From contig JBDSUM010000004.1 of NCBI GenBank assembly GCA_039927695.1, positions 1 to 49,277 of the forward strand: a stretch of DNA of 49,277 nt, read 5' to 3'. The notes under the pieces are model-generated. The model was not told where the DNA came from. It worked only from the letters and a program-made list of their open reading frames with translations, and did no database searches. Positions 29,801 through 37,701 of the stretch are shown piece after piece (position 1 is the first letter of the stretch; each line of letters opens with the position of its first letter). Origin of the DNA: Minisyncoccota bacterium. GTDB taxonomy: Bacteria; Patescibacteriota; Minisyncoccia; Phycocordibacterales; Phycocordibacteraceae. The position numbers and the translations under genes were made by a program.

Positions 29801-30121
29801 AAAGCCCTTACCGGGATCGTTTCAACGCTCCCTGGGGCGTCTTCGACACCAGTAGCTGTCTCTTCCTCCTTCAAACACGACATCTTCCGTGGGTCAACTG
29901 ACCCCGATACTCGACTTCTGCAACAGTTTTTAAACAACAAGGGCTTTACGGTGACCTCACGGGGATCAGGTTCATTAGGTCTTGAGACCAGCTACTTTGG
30001 TCTCGCTACGCAGGCCGCGCTAAAACGTTACCAAAATTCAATCGGCTTCTATCCTGCGAGCGGATATCTAGATAGTGAGACGCGAATGTTTATACGCAAG
30101 CAGTTGGGGATTGGGGAGTAA
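26849..30121 (+). CDS. 3' part of the same surface protein: LamG, FN3, beta-helix, FN3, peptidoglycan-binding domains
   Basis: The +1 frame after C7 reads GTPTNGLLVHYALDESVGSTTADTSG (typical LamG start) through FNGKLDEVSLYSRVLS. No own signal peptide. C-terminal PG-binding repeats. Confidence 0.8.
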   Translation, partial: GTPTNGLLVHYALDESVGSTTADTSGNNYTGTLAGNIGWATTTSTFGNSLNFASSSASQIRSVSLPASSTPITNFPSSGSLSFWVNDNFSTEASFKSIFGGFNDTGNHFTVRTYTPGTMNFFFATTSSPGTFVFNYITSVLPNNTWTHFTLSWDTVNHMGYLYQNGVMVYSAPISSSWTPSNQVFRIGSTINSTFNGKLDEVSLYSRVLSPSEVSYLYSLSTTTSPAPDLTAPTTPTNLSTNGISTTTVELNWTASTDAGSGLAGYTVVRDGTTSILVSSTTPYYLDIGLATASSHTYSVYAYDYAGNQSAVASGNANTLLAPNASWWSANTVTSTSTIAAPVIAAPYTCLTNYYVSTTGNDSNSGTSLGQAWRNINVAVDSKGVNGPGVCINVASGTYHDYIYLPTANLGGNADTPTGYYVVRSITPHGAKLILSGNSGSAAIANFADYFVADGLDISGAGAATTSSGISFHGNYNWFINNLVHDNGFSGIGGSHVDHFRIEGNLAYNNAGLSTSAFQASGITVYQGKSGDSLSGTHNFISQNISFNNTETPYLAGSHSDGNGIIIDDFRNTQIGSTDGIYPYQTLVENNLVFGNGGGGIHVFSSDNVTVRNNTVFNNHTDPQYATGSTGTPSGDIDAVEASNVTIANNISVANPSTSNQYGKTNVPVVDRSGTYKNANNVWTNNLFFNGNVGESPIFLSNTNTLVSSTTNTFGANPQFINSSLGNFALSTGSPAIGAGTTAYGVPLRDLNGNVRTGSPPDLGTYAFSTSGAPDTTPPVISAISSGLPTDTSVTITWTTNEGATSQISYGTTSAYGSQSILDSALVTSHSVMLTGLTQSTVYHYQISTSDGSSNTATSSDQTFSTIAITSSGGGGGGSSGGSSGGGSSGGGSTSGSVITNPSTSTTVTTTTTSVPASTFIRNLTIGSSGLDVKTLQQILIARGFAIPAGATGLFGPQTRAALARFQVSQGITPAAGYFGALTRKALTGIVSTLPGASSTPVAVSSSFKHDIFRGSTDPDTRLLQQFLNNKGFTVTSRGSGSLGLETSYFGLATQAALKRYQNSIGFYPASGYLDSETRMFIRKQLGIGE

Positions 30122-30172
30122 CTATATACCTCGCGGACCGACACATAGTCTTGTGTCTAAAGCGTTGAAAAG

Positions 30173-30230
30173 GCTTGACGGCTCCGGTCATTCTACGCTC
30201 CTCACCCGCATGCCCAACTTGTGGAAAGCG
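30173..30230. repeat. 58-bp direct repeat, copy 2
   Basis: 54/58 identical to 24704-24761. Confidence 0.9.
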
Positions 30231-30282
30231 AGAATCGTTTCAAAAGAAAACGGGCGACTATCTATAGTCGTATAAAATAGTG

Positions 30283-30320
30283 CGGGCTTCGGCTTGGAAA
30301 TATTTCCAAGCCGAAGCCCG
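30283..30320. repeat. Perfect 38-bp palindrome (possible terminator)
   Basis: CGGGCTTCGGCTTGGAAATATTTCCAAGCCGAAGCCCG is self-complementary. Confidence 0.85.
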
Positions 30321-30330
30321 AGGAAGGACA

Positions 30331-30456
30331 TTATCGCGTACGTTCGTAATTGGAGCTATCGCTCCGAATCAGGTGGTTGCCGAAGAACAGCCCTGATGCC
30401 ATGACAAGGCCGGGAATTACCGCAAGACCGCCAAATAGGTACTGTAACCACGACAT
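30331..30456 (-). CDS. Putative 41-aa small membrane protein (below the ORF-track cutoff)
   Basis: MSWLQYLFGGLAVIPGLVMASGLFFGNHLIRSDSSNYERTR. GAAAGGA lies 5 nt upstream; the palindrome follows the stop. Confidence 0.45.
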   Translation of the reverse strand: MSWLQYLFGGLAVIPGLVMASGLFFGNHLIRSDSSNYERTR

Positions 30457-30675
30457 GCGAATCCTTTCAGGAGGCTCCACAGGAAGTAGTCCCTGTGGTT
30501 CTGTTTAGGATAATACAACATATTCTATCCAATATCAAGGCTTCTCACGGACACGCGTGATCTGTGGAAATTCAGAGTCATTGACAATTGCCATTCTTTG
30601 ATTTAAAGTATTTAGGTCTTCGCCTCCTGCAAAACAGGAGGCGAAGCATTGTTCTATACAATCGAAGGATAGAGA

Positions 30676-31119
30676 ATGAAAATATTGGGAAAAGGAAGCA
30701 TCGTTTTGCTTTCTGTCGCGGCCTTATTCACGGCAGTTCCTGCCTTCGCACAGTCGTCATCGACGGCTGCCGCAGCATGGAATAGTCCGTATCATGGGCC
30801 TGATGCAAACCAACAGGCGGTCAACTTGGCCACTGCCGAGGCGATTCAGCGCGCAAAGAATGGTGGCTATGGTTCCGCTGTTCAGAATACGAATATCGGC
30901 ACCTATAACAGCACGACCAACAACAACGGCCCTGTCGACAACAATACGTCGAGTTCGACGAATATCGTCAACAGTAATTCGACGTCGTCGACGGTGACTG
31001 GCAGTAGCAACCAAATCTCGGTCTCGACCGGCCAAACGTCCGGCACGTCCACTCAGGGCGCGTCGAGCGGTGTTGCTGCCAGCAATGGTAATGCAGTGAA
31101 CCAAACGGTGAATCCATGA
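30676..31119 (+). CDS. Secreted Asn/Ser/Thr-rich HfaA/curlin-like protein
   Basis: Signal peptide ending AFA. C-terminal STNIVNSNSTSSTVTGSSNQISVSTGQ resembles the HfaA C-terminal repeat. ATGA overlap with the CsgG/HfaB gene. Confidence 0.55.
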   Translation: MKILGKGSIVLLSVAALFTAVPAFAQSSSTAAAAWNSPYHGPDANQQAVNLATAEAIQRAKNGGYGSAVQNTNIGTYNSTTNNNGPVDNNTSSSTNIVNSNSTSSTVTGSSNQISVSTGQTSGTSTQGASSGVAASNGNAVNQTVNP

Positions 31120-31955
31120 AGCGTACGGTAATCGGGATCCTCACGGGACTCTCGCTCATCGCTGCGCCGCTTTCGGCGGCCGACGTGCGGAAAGACGCGA
31201 CCCTCGCAAAGGGTCCGCCGATCCGCGAGGCTATGAGCCCGTATGGTTCGGCACTTCAGTGCCTTGCTACCCAGCTCACAAACAAGCAGAAGGAGACGTC
31301 ATTTTCGGCAGGATTCTTTCCTGACCGGACCGGCAAAGTAAATTATGTTTCTGATGCCGGCACGGGCTCGTTTTCGAGCCAAGGCCTGGAAGACATGGTT
31401 CTCACGAGCCTGTCCCAGACCGGCGTGGTGGTCGTTGATTCAAGCCCAGCCTTTAGGCAGAGTATGGATTGGACTATCGGGAAGATGATCATGGGCGGCC
31501 AGGGTTCCAAGGTGCAGCTCATGAATCCGGATGTTGTCATCAACGGGGCGATCACCACGTTTGATTTCCTTCCGGGGAGCGGGCTAAGCGCAAACGTGGC
31601 GGGCATCAAGCTCTCTCACCAACAATCGCGCATCCTCGTTTCAATGGATGCGCGCGCAGTGCTCATGCCAGGTACAGGGCTTCCGGGACCCGCGGGCAAA
31701 ATCGTTGCCACGGACAAACCCAGTAAGCAGATCGTGGGATATGAGGATTCGGCGGGCGGTTCGGGCTTTTTCGGCCCGCGGAACTCGGCAACCTATGTTT
31801 CGCTTGATTTCGGGCACAAGCCGAATGAAGCAGTCCAGTATGCCGAACGAATCATGGTTGACCGGGTGGTCTTCAAGCTTGTCTCGCAAGTCTTCAACGT
31901 GACGACTTGCCAGCCCCAGCTGGAATACGCGGACCAAATGGTCAACTTGCAGTAA
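31116..31955 (+). CDS. CsgG/HfaB family secretion-pore protein
   Basis: PYGSALQCLA, FPDRTGK, SQGLEDMVLTSL and INGAITTFD motifs match the CsgG/HfaB pattern (D-x-TGK, QG-x-x-M, GxIT). Confidence 0.8.
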   Translation: MKRTVIGILTGLSLIAAPLSAADVRKDATLAKGPPIREAMSPYGSALQCLATQLTNKQKETSFSAGFFPDRTGKVNYVSDAGTGSFSSQGLEDMVLTSLSQTGVVVVDSSPAFRQSMDWTIGKMIMGGQGSKVQLMNPDVVINGAITTFDFLPGSGLSANVAGIKLSHQQSRILVSMDARAVLMPGTGLPGPAGKIVATDKPSKQIVGYEDSAGGSGFFGPRNSATYVSLDFGHKPNEAVQYAERIMVDRVVFKLVSQVFNVTTCQPQLEYADQMVNLQ

Positions 31956-32143
31956 AACGAATACGGCCATTTGCATGTTTTATAAAGACATGCTATGGTA
32001 CAAAAGTTCAGTCAGCAAAGGCGCTGGCGTTCTCGAAAGAGGACGTCGATTTCTTTTTGTCTGAAACGTTGTCTCAATGCACCGAGAGGCAATGTGGGGG
32101 GAAACTCTCATGTAGAAGGTGTAATCAAGAAGAAGGTTGTTTC

Positions 32144-32572
32144 ATGAAAAAGTTCCTTTCGTTCGCTCTCGTTTCCGCAATCGCGATTGCCGCGGCCACT
32201 CCGGCCACAGCTTCGGTGCTGAACATCAATCTCGAGAGCGTCACGACCGCTCAGTCGCAGGCCGGTAACCTCAATCAGCAGGCTCTGTCGGTCGCGGCAC
32301 GTGTCGGCACCGTCGGCAACGATGACGCAGTCACGTCGACCGCGGCCAACATCGGCCAGATGGTCACCCAGAATATCGGGGTGAACCAGGATCCGAGCTT
32401 CGTCAACGGCAATGTGCTGGCGGACGCAGTCGGACAATCCGTCAACGGCGCGGTCAAGCAGGTCGCGGTCTCTGTCGCCGGCACCGGTTCGGTCGGCAGC
32501 GGCGGTTCGGTCTCGTCGACCGCCGCCAACATCGGCCAGATGGCGACCGTCACGGTCAACGTCAGCCAGTAA
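32144..32572 (+). CDS. Secreted two-repeat beta-strand protein (HfaD/curlin-like)
   Basis: Start ATG 32144 with AGAAGG upstream; signal peptide ending ATA; two 60-aa-spaced repeats ending (V)xSTAANIGQM. Confidence 0.6.
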   Translation: MKKFLSFALVSAIAIAAATPATASVLNINLESVTTAQSQAGNLNQQALSVAARVGTVGNDDAVTSTAANIGQMVTQNIGVNQDPSFVNGNVLADAVGQSVNGAVKQVAVSVAGTGSVGSGGSVSSTAANIGQMATVTVNVSQ

Positions 32573-32603
32573 TCGGGGGACCGATTCGTCCTAAGGGACA
32601 CCA

Positions 32604-32632
32604 GGGCGCCTTCTTCGGAAGGTGCCTTTTTT
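32604..32632 (+). terminator. Terminator of the CsgG-like locus
   Basis: GGGCGCCTTC-TTCG-GAAGGTGCCT followed by a T-tract. Confidence 0.85.
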
Positions 32633-32683
32633 CTTACCCGAATTCTGGCCGTAGGTAAGCCATAAAATGGCGCCACCTATTGC

Positions 32684-32710
32684 TTGACGCCACCAAGTAG
32701 TTCCTATACT
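32684..32710 (+). promoter_or_regulatory. Probable 16S promoter
   Basis: TTGACG (32684) and TATACT (32705). The 15-nt spacer is suboptimal. Confidence 0.55.
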
Positions 32711-32884
32711 ATGACCTTACTGTCCCGTGCGGGGCGGTTTTCTTTGCTCCATTTGCGCGGTAACCCACCTTGGGAAATTACGCTCGCGGGACCTGGGAAT
32801 AAAAGGCTATTTGATAATTGAATATAGAATCACTAGGTAAGTGAACAAAAAAGAAGATCTATGTTTTCTTGTGTTCCGCCTATT

Positions 32885-34344
32885 CTTAATGAGAGTTTGA
32901 TCCTAGCTCAGGATGAATGCTGGCTGTATGGATGAGTCATGCAAGTCGAACGGATCGCAAGATCAGTGGCAGACGAGGTAGTAACACGTACGTACGTACT
33001 CCAAAGTCGGGCATAGCCAATCGAAAGGTTGGGTAATTCCCGATAGTTCCCTACGGGGTAAAGATTTATCGCTTTGGAAGCGGCGTGCGTAGTATCAGCT
33101 TGTTGGTAAGGTAATGGCTTACCAAGGCTACGACGCTTAGGGGAGCTGAGAGGCTGACCCCCACCGATGGGACTGAGACACGGCCCATACCCCTACGGGG
33201 GGCTGCAGACGAGAATACTCCGCAATGGACGCAAGTCTGACGGGGCGATACAGCGTGGTAGATGAAGTGCTTCGGCACGTAAATACCTTTTATGAGGGAC
33301 GAAATTATTGACGGTACCTCATGAATAAGGGGCTCCTAACTCTGTGCCAGCAGGAGCGGTAATACAGAGGCCCCAAGCATTATCCGGAATCACTGGGCGT
33401 AAAGGGTGTCAAGGCGGTCATATTAGTCGTTTGTTAAATCCGGAGGCTCAACCTCCGGCCCGCAAGCGAAACGGTATGACTAGAGGTTGGAAGAGGTGCG
33501 TGGAACTCACGGTGTAGGGGTGAAATCCGTTGATATCGTGGGGAACACCAAAGGCGAAGGCAGCGCACTGGTCCAAATCTGACGCTCACACACGAAAGCC
33601 AGGGTAGCGAATGGGATTAGATACCCCAGTAGTCCTGGCCCTAAACGCTGCTCGCTCGTTCTACGGAGAATCGACCCTCTGTGGGACTAAGCTAACGCGG
33701 TAAGCGAGCCGCCTGGGTAGTACGATCGCAAGGTTAAAACTCAAAGGAATAGACGGGGACTCGCACAAGCGGTGGATCATGTGGCTTAATTCGTCGATAA
33801 GCGAAGAACCTTACCAGGGCTAGAAACCAAGCTGCATCTCTCCAGAAACGGAGAGAGCCTTCGAGGGTGCTTGGCAGGTGATGCATGGTTGTCGTCAGTT
33901 CGTGGCTTGAGCTGTTCCCTTCAGTGGGGTAACGAACGCAACCCCCGTTGTCTGTTAAATATGTCAGGCGAGACTGCCCCCTCACGGGGGAGGAAGGTGG
34001 GGATGACGCCAAATCAGCATGTCCCTTGATGCCCTGGGCTGCACACGTGATACAATGGTCGGTACAGAAGGACGCAATACGGTAACGTGGAGCAAATCCC
34101 AAAAACCGACCCCAGTACGGATCGAGGTCTGCAACCGACCTCGTGAAGCCGGAATCGCTAGTAATCGTGGGTCAGCAATACCACGGTGAATACGTTCTCG
34201 AGTCTTGTACTCACCGCCCGTCAAGTCAGGGAAGTTGGAGGTGCCCGATATCTTGCTTTATGCAGGACTACGGCAAATTCAATAACAAGGACTAAGTCGT
34301 AACAAGGCACGGCTAGCGGAAGCTGGTCGTGGAACATATCCAAT
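32885..34344 (+). rRNA. rrs: 16S rRNA (no internal insertion, degenerate anti-SD)
   Basis: AGAGTTTGATCCTAGCTCAG, GTGCCAGCAGGAGCGGTAA, ATTAGATACCC and AAGTCGTAACAAGG. Leader/trailer stem 32867-32885/34553-34571. Ends are approximate. Confidence 0.97.
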
Positions 34345-34379
34345 TGGAACCGAGATGGTAGGAATACCACTCAGTCGAT

Positions 34380-34459
34380 CTAGGTGACTGCATGGTGAGT
34401 GTTATATATCAGAAGTACTTGTATTTCTATCGTATAGCTCTCACCATGCAGTCACCTAG
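34380..34459. repeat. 20-bp inverted repeat in the 16S trailer sharing a 13-bp core with the L2593 intron
   Basis: CTAGGTGACTGCATGGTGAG ... CTCACCATGCAGTCACCTAG. Confidence 0.9.
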
Positions 34460-34625
34460 GGGAAATGATACTTATCCCTAAATAGTATACGGACGCCGGA
34501 AAAACGCACCGGTGCTTGTCTGGAAGCGCTCAATTGACGCTTTCATATGAGCGAATAGGCGGAACACAAGAGTACGTTAGATCTCCTTTTCTTACCTAGT
34601 TACATCTACTCGATGTATGTTTATT

Positions 34626-34683
34626 GAAAAGCCCAGTATTGGCAGATTTTCTCTCGGGAATATCTGCCAATACTGGGCTTTTC
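34626..34683 (+). terminator. 16S unit terminator
   Basis: GAAAAGCCCAGTATTGGCAGAT ... ATCTGCCAATACTGGGCTTTTC. Confidence 0.85.
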
Positions 34684-34751
34684 TTGTATGCATTGATTAA
34701 AGGCGGAAATTGTTATATAGTATCTGGGTTGAATGTAAGGGAGTTTAACGT

Positions 34752-35153
34752 ATGTTCTATATAGCAGGTGGCGTTATCTTGTTCTGGCTGATCTTTGGGT
34801 CGTGGCTTAGGCCGCGGAACTGGGGCTGGTGGAGAAAGCGATTGGTCGTTAAAAGAAACGATGCACTGAAGACCTATTATAGGTCTCGGCGCATCATTCC
34901 CGGTAGAGTCCGTTTGTGGCTCTTTTATAGTGAACAGCGTGTGGAGGACAAAAGGGGAGAGAGCTCCCTCTATCCACCTCATTGGACGCTTCAGGACAAG
35001 CTCGAATACAAGCGGAAGGTTGGCACCAGCCCTGCTCTCGAGCCCGTTGCACGTGACGACCTCGATCCCTCAATCCATACGGTGTTCCTACGTTTTAAGA
35101 AGAGTTTGCTTCCGAGCGTAAGCGACGTCGATGGTCGGAACCAGGCCGCGTGA
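34752..35153 (+). CDS. Hypothetical membrane-anchored protein
   Basis: N-terminal TM helix, AAGGGAG SD, own terminator at 35176-35209. Confidence 0.55.
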   Translation: MFYIAGGVILFWLIFGSWLRPRNWGWWRKRLVVKRNDALKTYYRSRRIIPGRVRLWLFYSEQRVEDKRGESSLYPPHWTLQDKLEYKRKVGTSPALEPVARDDLDPSIHTVFLRFKKSLLPSVSDVDGRNQAA

Positions 35154-35175
35154 GATGGCTCGGCTTTAATTCCAA

Positions 35176-35209
35176 GGGCACCTCGCAGAGCGAGGTGCCT
35201 ATTTTCTTT
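35176..35209 (+). terminator. Intrinsic terminator
   Basis: GGGCACCTCGC-AGA-GCGAGGTGCCT-ATTTTCTTT. Confidence 0.75.
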
Positions 35210-35269
35210 GCCATTTCCCAAACTGGAATAACTTCGGCGATTCTGGTACTATCCCTTTACGTGCGCACT

Positions 35270-35345
35270 GCATGCTTAGCTCAGTTGGTAGAGCACTCGA
35301 CTGATACTCGAGCGGTCCTTGGTTCGAATCCAAGAGCATGCACCA
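35270..35345 (+). tRNA. tRNA-Ile(GAT)
   Basis: Acceptor stem GCATGCT/AGCATGC, anticodon arm CTCGA-CTGATAC-TCGAG, GTTCGAATC T-loop, encoded CCA. Confidence 0.97.
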
Positions 35346-35346
35346 A

Positions 35347-35389
35347 GAAAGACAAAAGCCCCGAGCGAAGCTCGGGGCTTTTGTCTTTC
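35347..35389. terminator. Bidirectional terminator after tRNA-Ile
   Basis: GAAAGACAAAAGCCCCGAGC-GAA-GCTCGGGGCTTTTGTCTTTC. Confidence 0.85.
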
Positions 35390-35399
35390 ACATGGTCTC

Positions 35400-35735
35400 T
35401 TACCTAAACATGAATATTCCAATCACAATAGCGAAGTTCAAGATCATCATACCGAAGTTCGTGATAATTATGGGATACGTGCGGTGAAGGACGCCATACG
35501 CAAGCCATAGCAGGTTAATTAATCCCAGGAGCGTCCATGTGGAAAGTGAAAGCCCATCAGCGGTGCGGTACAAATAAATATGTATAACCTGGGGAAGAAG
35601 GGCAAAGGGAGCAGCGATGCTGACGCCGTACATGAGTATATCGAAATAACGTCGAATGCGGTTTGGGTGTGGATATGACTCTTTGTTTTCGTATACGCGC
35701 TTAAGTAGGTGTTGGTGATATGTCCCTATGTTCAT
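35400..35735 (-). CDS. SemiSWEET/PQ-loop family transporter
   Basis: ALLPQVIHIY...ADGLSL...WLAYG...PIIITN; three TM helices. Confidence 0.8.
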   Translation of the reverse strand: MNIGTYHQHLLKRVYENKESYPHPNRIRRYFDILMYGVSIAAPFALLPQVIHIYLYRTADGLSLSTWTLLGLINLLWLAYGVLHRTYPIIITNFGMMILNFAIVIGIFMFR

Positions 35736-35804
35736 AGGTGTAGTGTACCAGGCTATACCCAGCGTTTCCTATTACACACTAAGGCTCGGGTATACTAAGA
35801 TCAT

Positions 35805-36311
35805 ATGCGTGACGCACTGATTATTTTTGTTTCTCTTATTGCCGCTATTGTCATAGGTGGCTCGCTGTATCTATTTGGCGGACCAAGCTTCCATTATGGT
35901 TCATCTAAAAGCCCGTCGGGTAGCGCTATGGTTAAGCTTGCTGAAGGAATAAATGCCTTGAGTATAGATACCCGGGTAAACTACCGCATAACCAACCAGA
36001 CGGATCTTACGACGCTGTGGCGCATGGTATACGGGGACAATGGTCCCTCAGTACCAACCATTGATTTCAATACAAGAGAAGTACTCGCGGTATTTGATGG
36101 GAGTCATAGCAGCGGGGGATACTCCATACATGTACGAGATGTCAGCGACGCAGGAGGCAAGCGAACTATATACATAGTCCGCACCGCTCCCGATGGCGGC
36201 TGCCCAACAGCCAATGCTATTACGAGCCCTTTTGAAATCGTCTCGCTCTCTAAATCAGATCTTCCCCTTACGCACGTTGATGAAATGGGAACAAGCACTT
36301 GTAACCAGTAG
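35805..36311 (+). CDS. Membrane-anchored PrcB C-terminal domain protein
   Basis: PTIDFNTREVLAVFDGSHSSGGYSI and AITSPFEIVSL motifs. Confidence 0.7.
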   Translation: MRDALIIFVSLIAAIVIGGSLYLFGGPSFHYGSSKSPSGSAMVKLAEGINALSIDTRVNYRITNQTDLTTLWRMVYGDNGPSVPTIDFNTREVLAVFDGSHSSGGYSIHVRDVSDAGGKRTIYIVRTAPDGGCPTANAITSPFEIVSLSKSDLPLTHVDEMGTSTCNQ

Positions 36312-36372
36312 AAATAAGGATTGAGGAGAGGTGTTTTTTCATACCTGCCCAGATACGGTAGGATGGGTAGAT

Positions 36373-37701
36373 ATGGATGCCCGCAGCTATTTTCAAGGCA
36401 AGAAGATAACGGTCATGGGCCTTGGTCTGCTTGGCCGAGGGCTCGGCGACGTTCGGTATCTAGCAACCCTGGGTGCAGAACTTATTGTTACGGACCTTAA
36501 AACGTCTGAACAACTCGCAACGTCTATTGATTCTCTACGTGAATTTTCAAACATTACTTTTGTACTAGGCGAGCATCGCCTCGAAGATTTCCAGGGTCGA
36601 GACATGCTGTTAAAGGCAGCCGGGGTACCTGTGGACTCTATATATATTGCAGAGGCGCACAAGCATAAGATACTGGTACGCATGAGTGCTGACTTATTTG
36701 CAGAGCTCGCACAGATCCCCGTCGTTGGTATAACGGGTACACGCGGAAAGTCTACGACAACGCACATGATTCACGAGATACTCGTGGCAGCAGGCAAGCA
36801 TGTGTTGCTTGGTGGGAATGTGCGCGGTGTTTCAACACTGGCACTTTTGTCTGAAGCAACGACTGAATCGATAGCAGTCTTGGAGCTTGATTCATGGCAA
36901 TTGCAGGGATTCGGCGAAGCAAAAATGTCACCGCACATTGCTGTATTCACAACATTTTTTCCTGATCATTTAAATTACTATGATGGCAATCTCGACAAGT
37001 ATCTTGCAGACAAAGCAAACATCTTCCTTTTCCAAAAGCCTGGTGACACGCTCTTCTTAGGCTCTCAGTGTGCGGGAATTATTCAGCAAAAATACAGTGG
37101 TTTGATACAGGGCTGGACGAGCATTGTGGACGGAAGCGAATTGCCGGACGCCTGGCATCTGAAGGTGCCAGGCGAGCATAATCGCTATGCTGCGGCGCTG
37201 GCGCGCCGCGTAGCACAATCCTTCGACGTGTCAGACACTATAATCAAATCGGCACTCGAAAGCTTCGGAGCCGTCCCTGGTCGTCTTGAACACATCGCTA
37301 CTGTCGATGGTGTTGACTACTACAATGACACCAATGCCACGACTCCAGACGCAACGCTGGCAGGAATCGTGGCATTAAGTCAAAAGTATTCGGGTAACGT
37401 ACTACTCATCATGGGTGGAGCAGATAAAGGAATCGATATGAGTGGATTGTTAGCAGCACTCCCGAATCACACAAAGCGTTTGGAATTGCTAGCTGGTACA
37501 GGTACCGATCGCATACGCGGCGAGCTTCCGGAGGCAGAAGTCTTTGACAATCTTGTTGCAGCAGTTGGGAACGCTCGTCGTAATGCTCAGCCAGGAGACG
37601 CTATTTTACTCAGTCCAGCTTTCGCGTCATTTGGTATGTTTACGAACGAGTATGATCGTGGCGATCAATTTAACGCTATCGTGAAAGGGTTTGAGGTATG
37701 A
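36373..37701 (+). CDS. murD: UDP-N-acetylmuramoyl-L-alanine--D-glutamate ligase
   Basis: GITGTRGKSTT, ELDSWQL, DHLNYY, NDTNAT and LLSPAFASFGMF..E.DRG motifs. Confidence 0.95.
   Translation: MDARSYFQGKKITVMGLGLLGRGLGDVRYLATLGAELIVTDLKTSEQLATSIDSLREFSNITFVLGEHRLEDFQGRDMLLKAAGVPVDSIYIAEAHKHKILVRMSADLFAELAQIPVVGITGTRGKSTTTHMIHEILVAAGKHVLLGGNVRGVSTLALLSEATTESIAVLELDSWQLQGFGEAKMSPHIAVFTTFFPDHLNYYDGNLDKYLADKANIFLFQKPGDTLFLGSQCAGIIQQKYSGLIQGWTSIVDGSELPDAWHLKVPGEHNRYAAALARRVAQSFDVSDTIIKSALESFGAVPGRLEHIATVDGVDYYNDTNATTPDATLAGIVALSQKYSGNVLLIMGGADKGIDMSGLLAALPNHTKRLELLAGTGTDRIRGELPEAEVFDNLVAAVGNARRNAQPGDAILLSPAFASFGMFTNEYDRGDQFNAIVKGFEV

Noticed and set aside
16917-29940. Many antisense Val-rich ORFs opposite the giant surface genes
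   Set aside because: They are a by-product of Thr/Ser-rich codon usage on the sense strand.
34581-34590. ATCTCCTTTT as a displaced anti-SD restored by splicing
   Set aside because: It lies in the trailer arm that pairs with the leader (AAAAAGAAGATCTA), and no group I or II core is visible in between. Only 3' RACE can exclude it fully.
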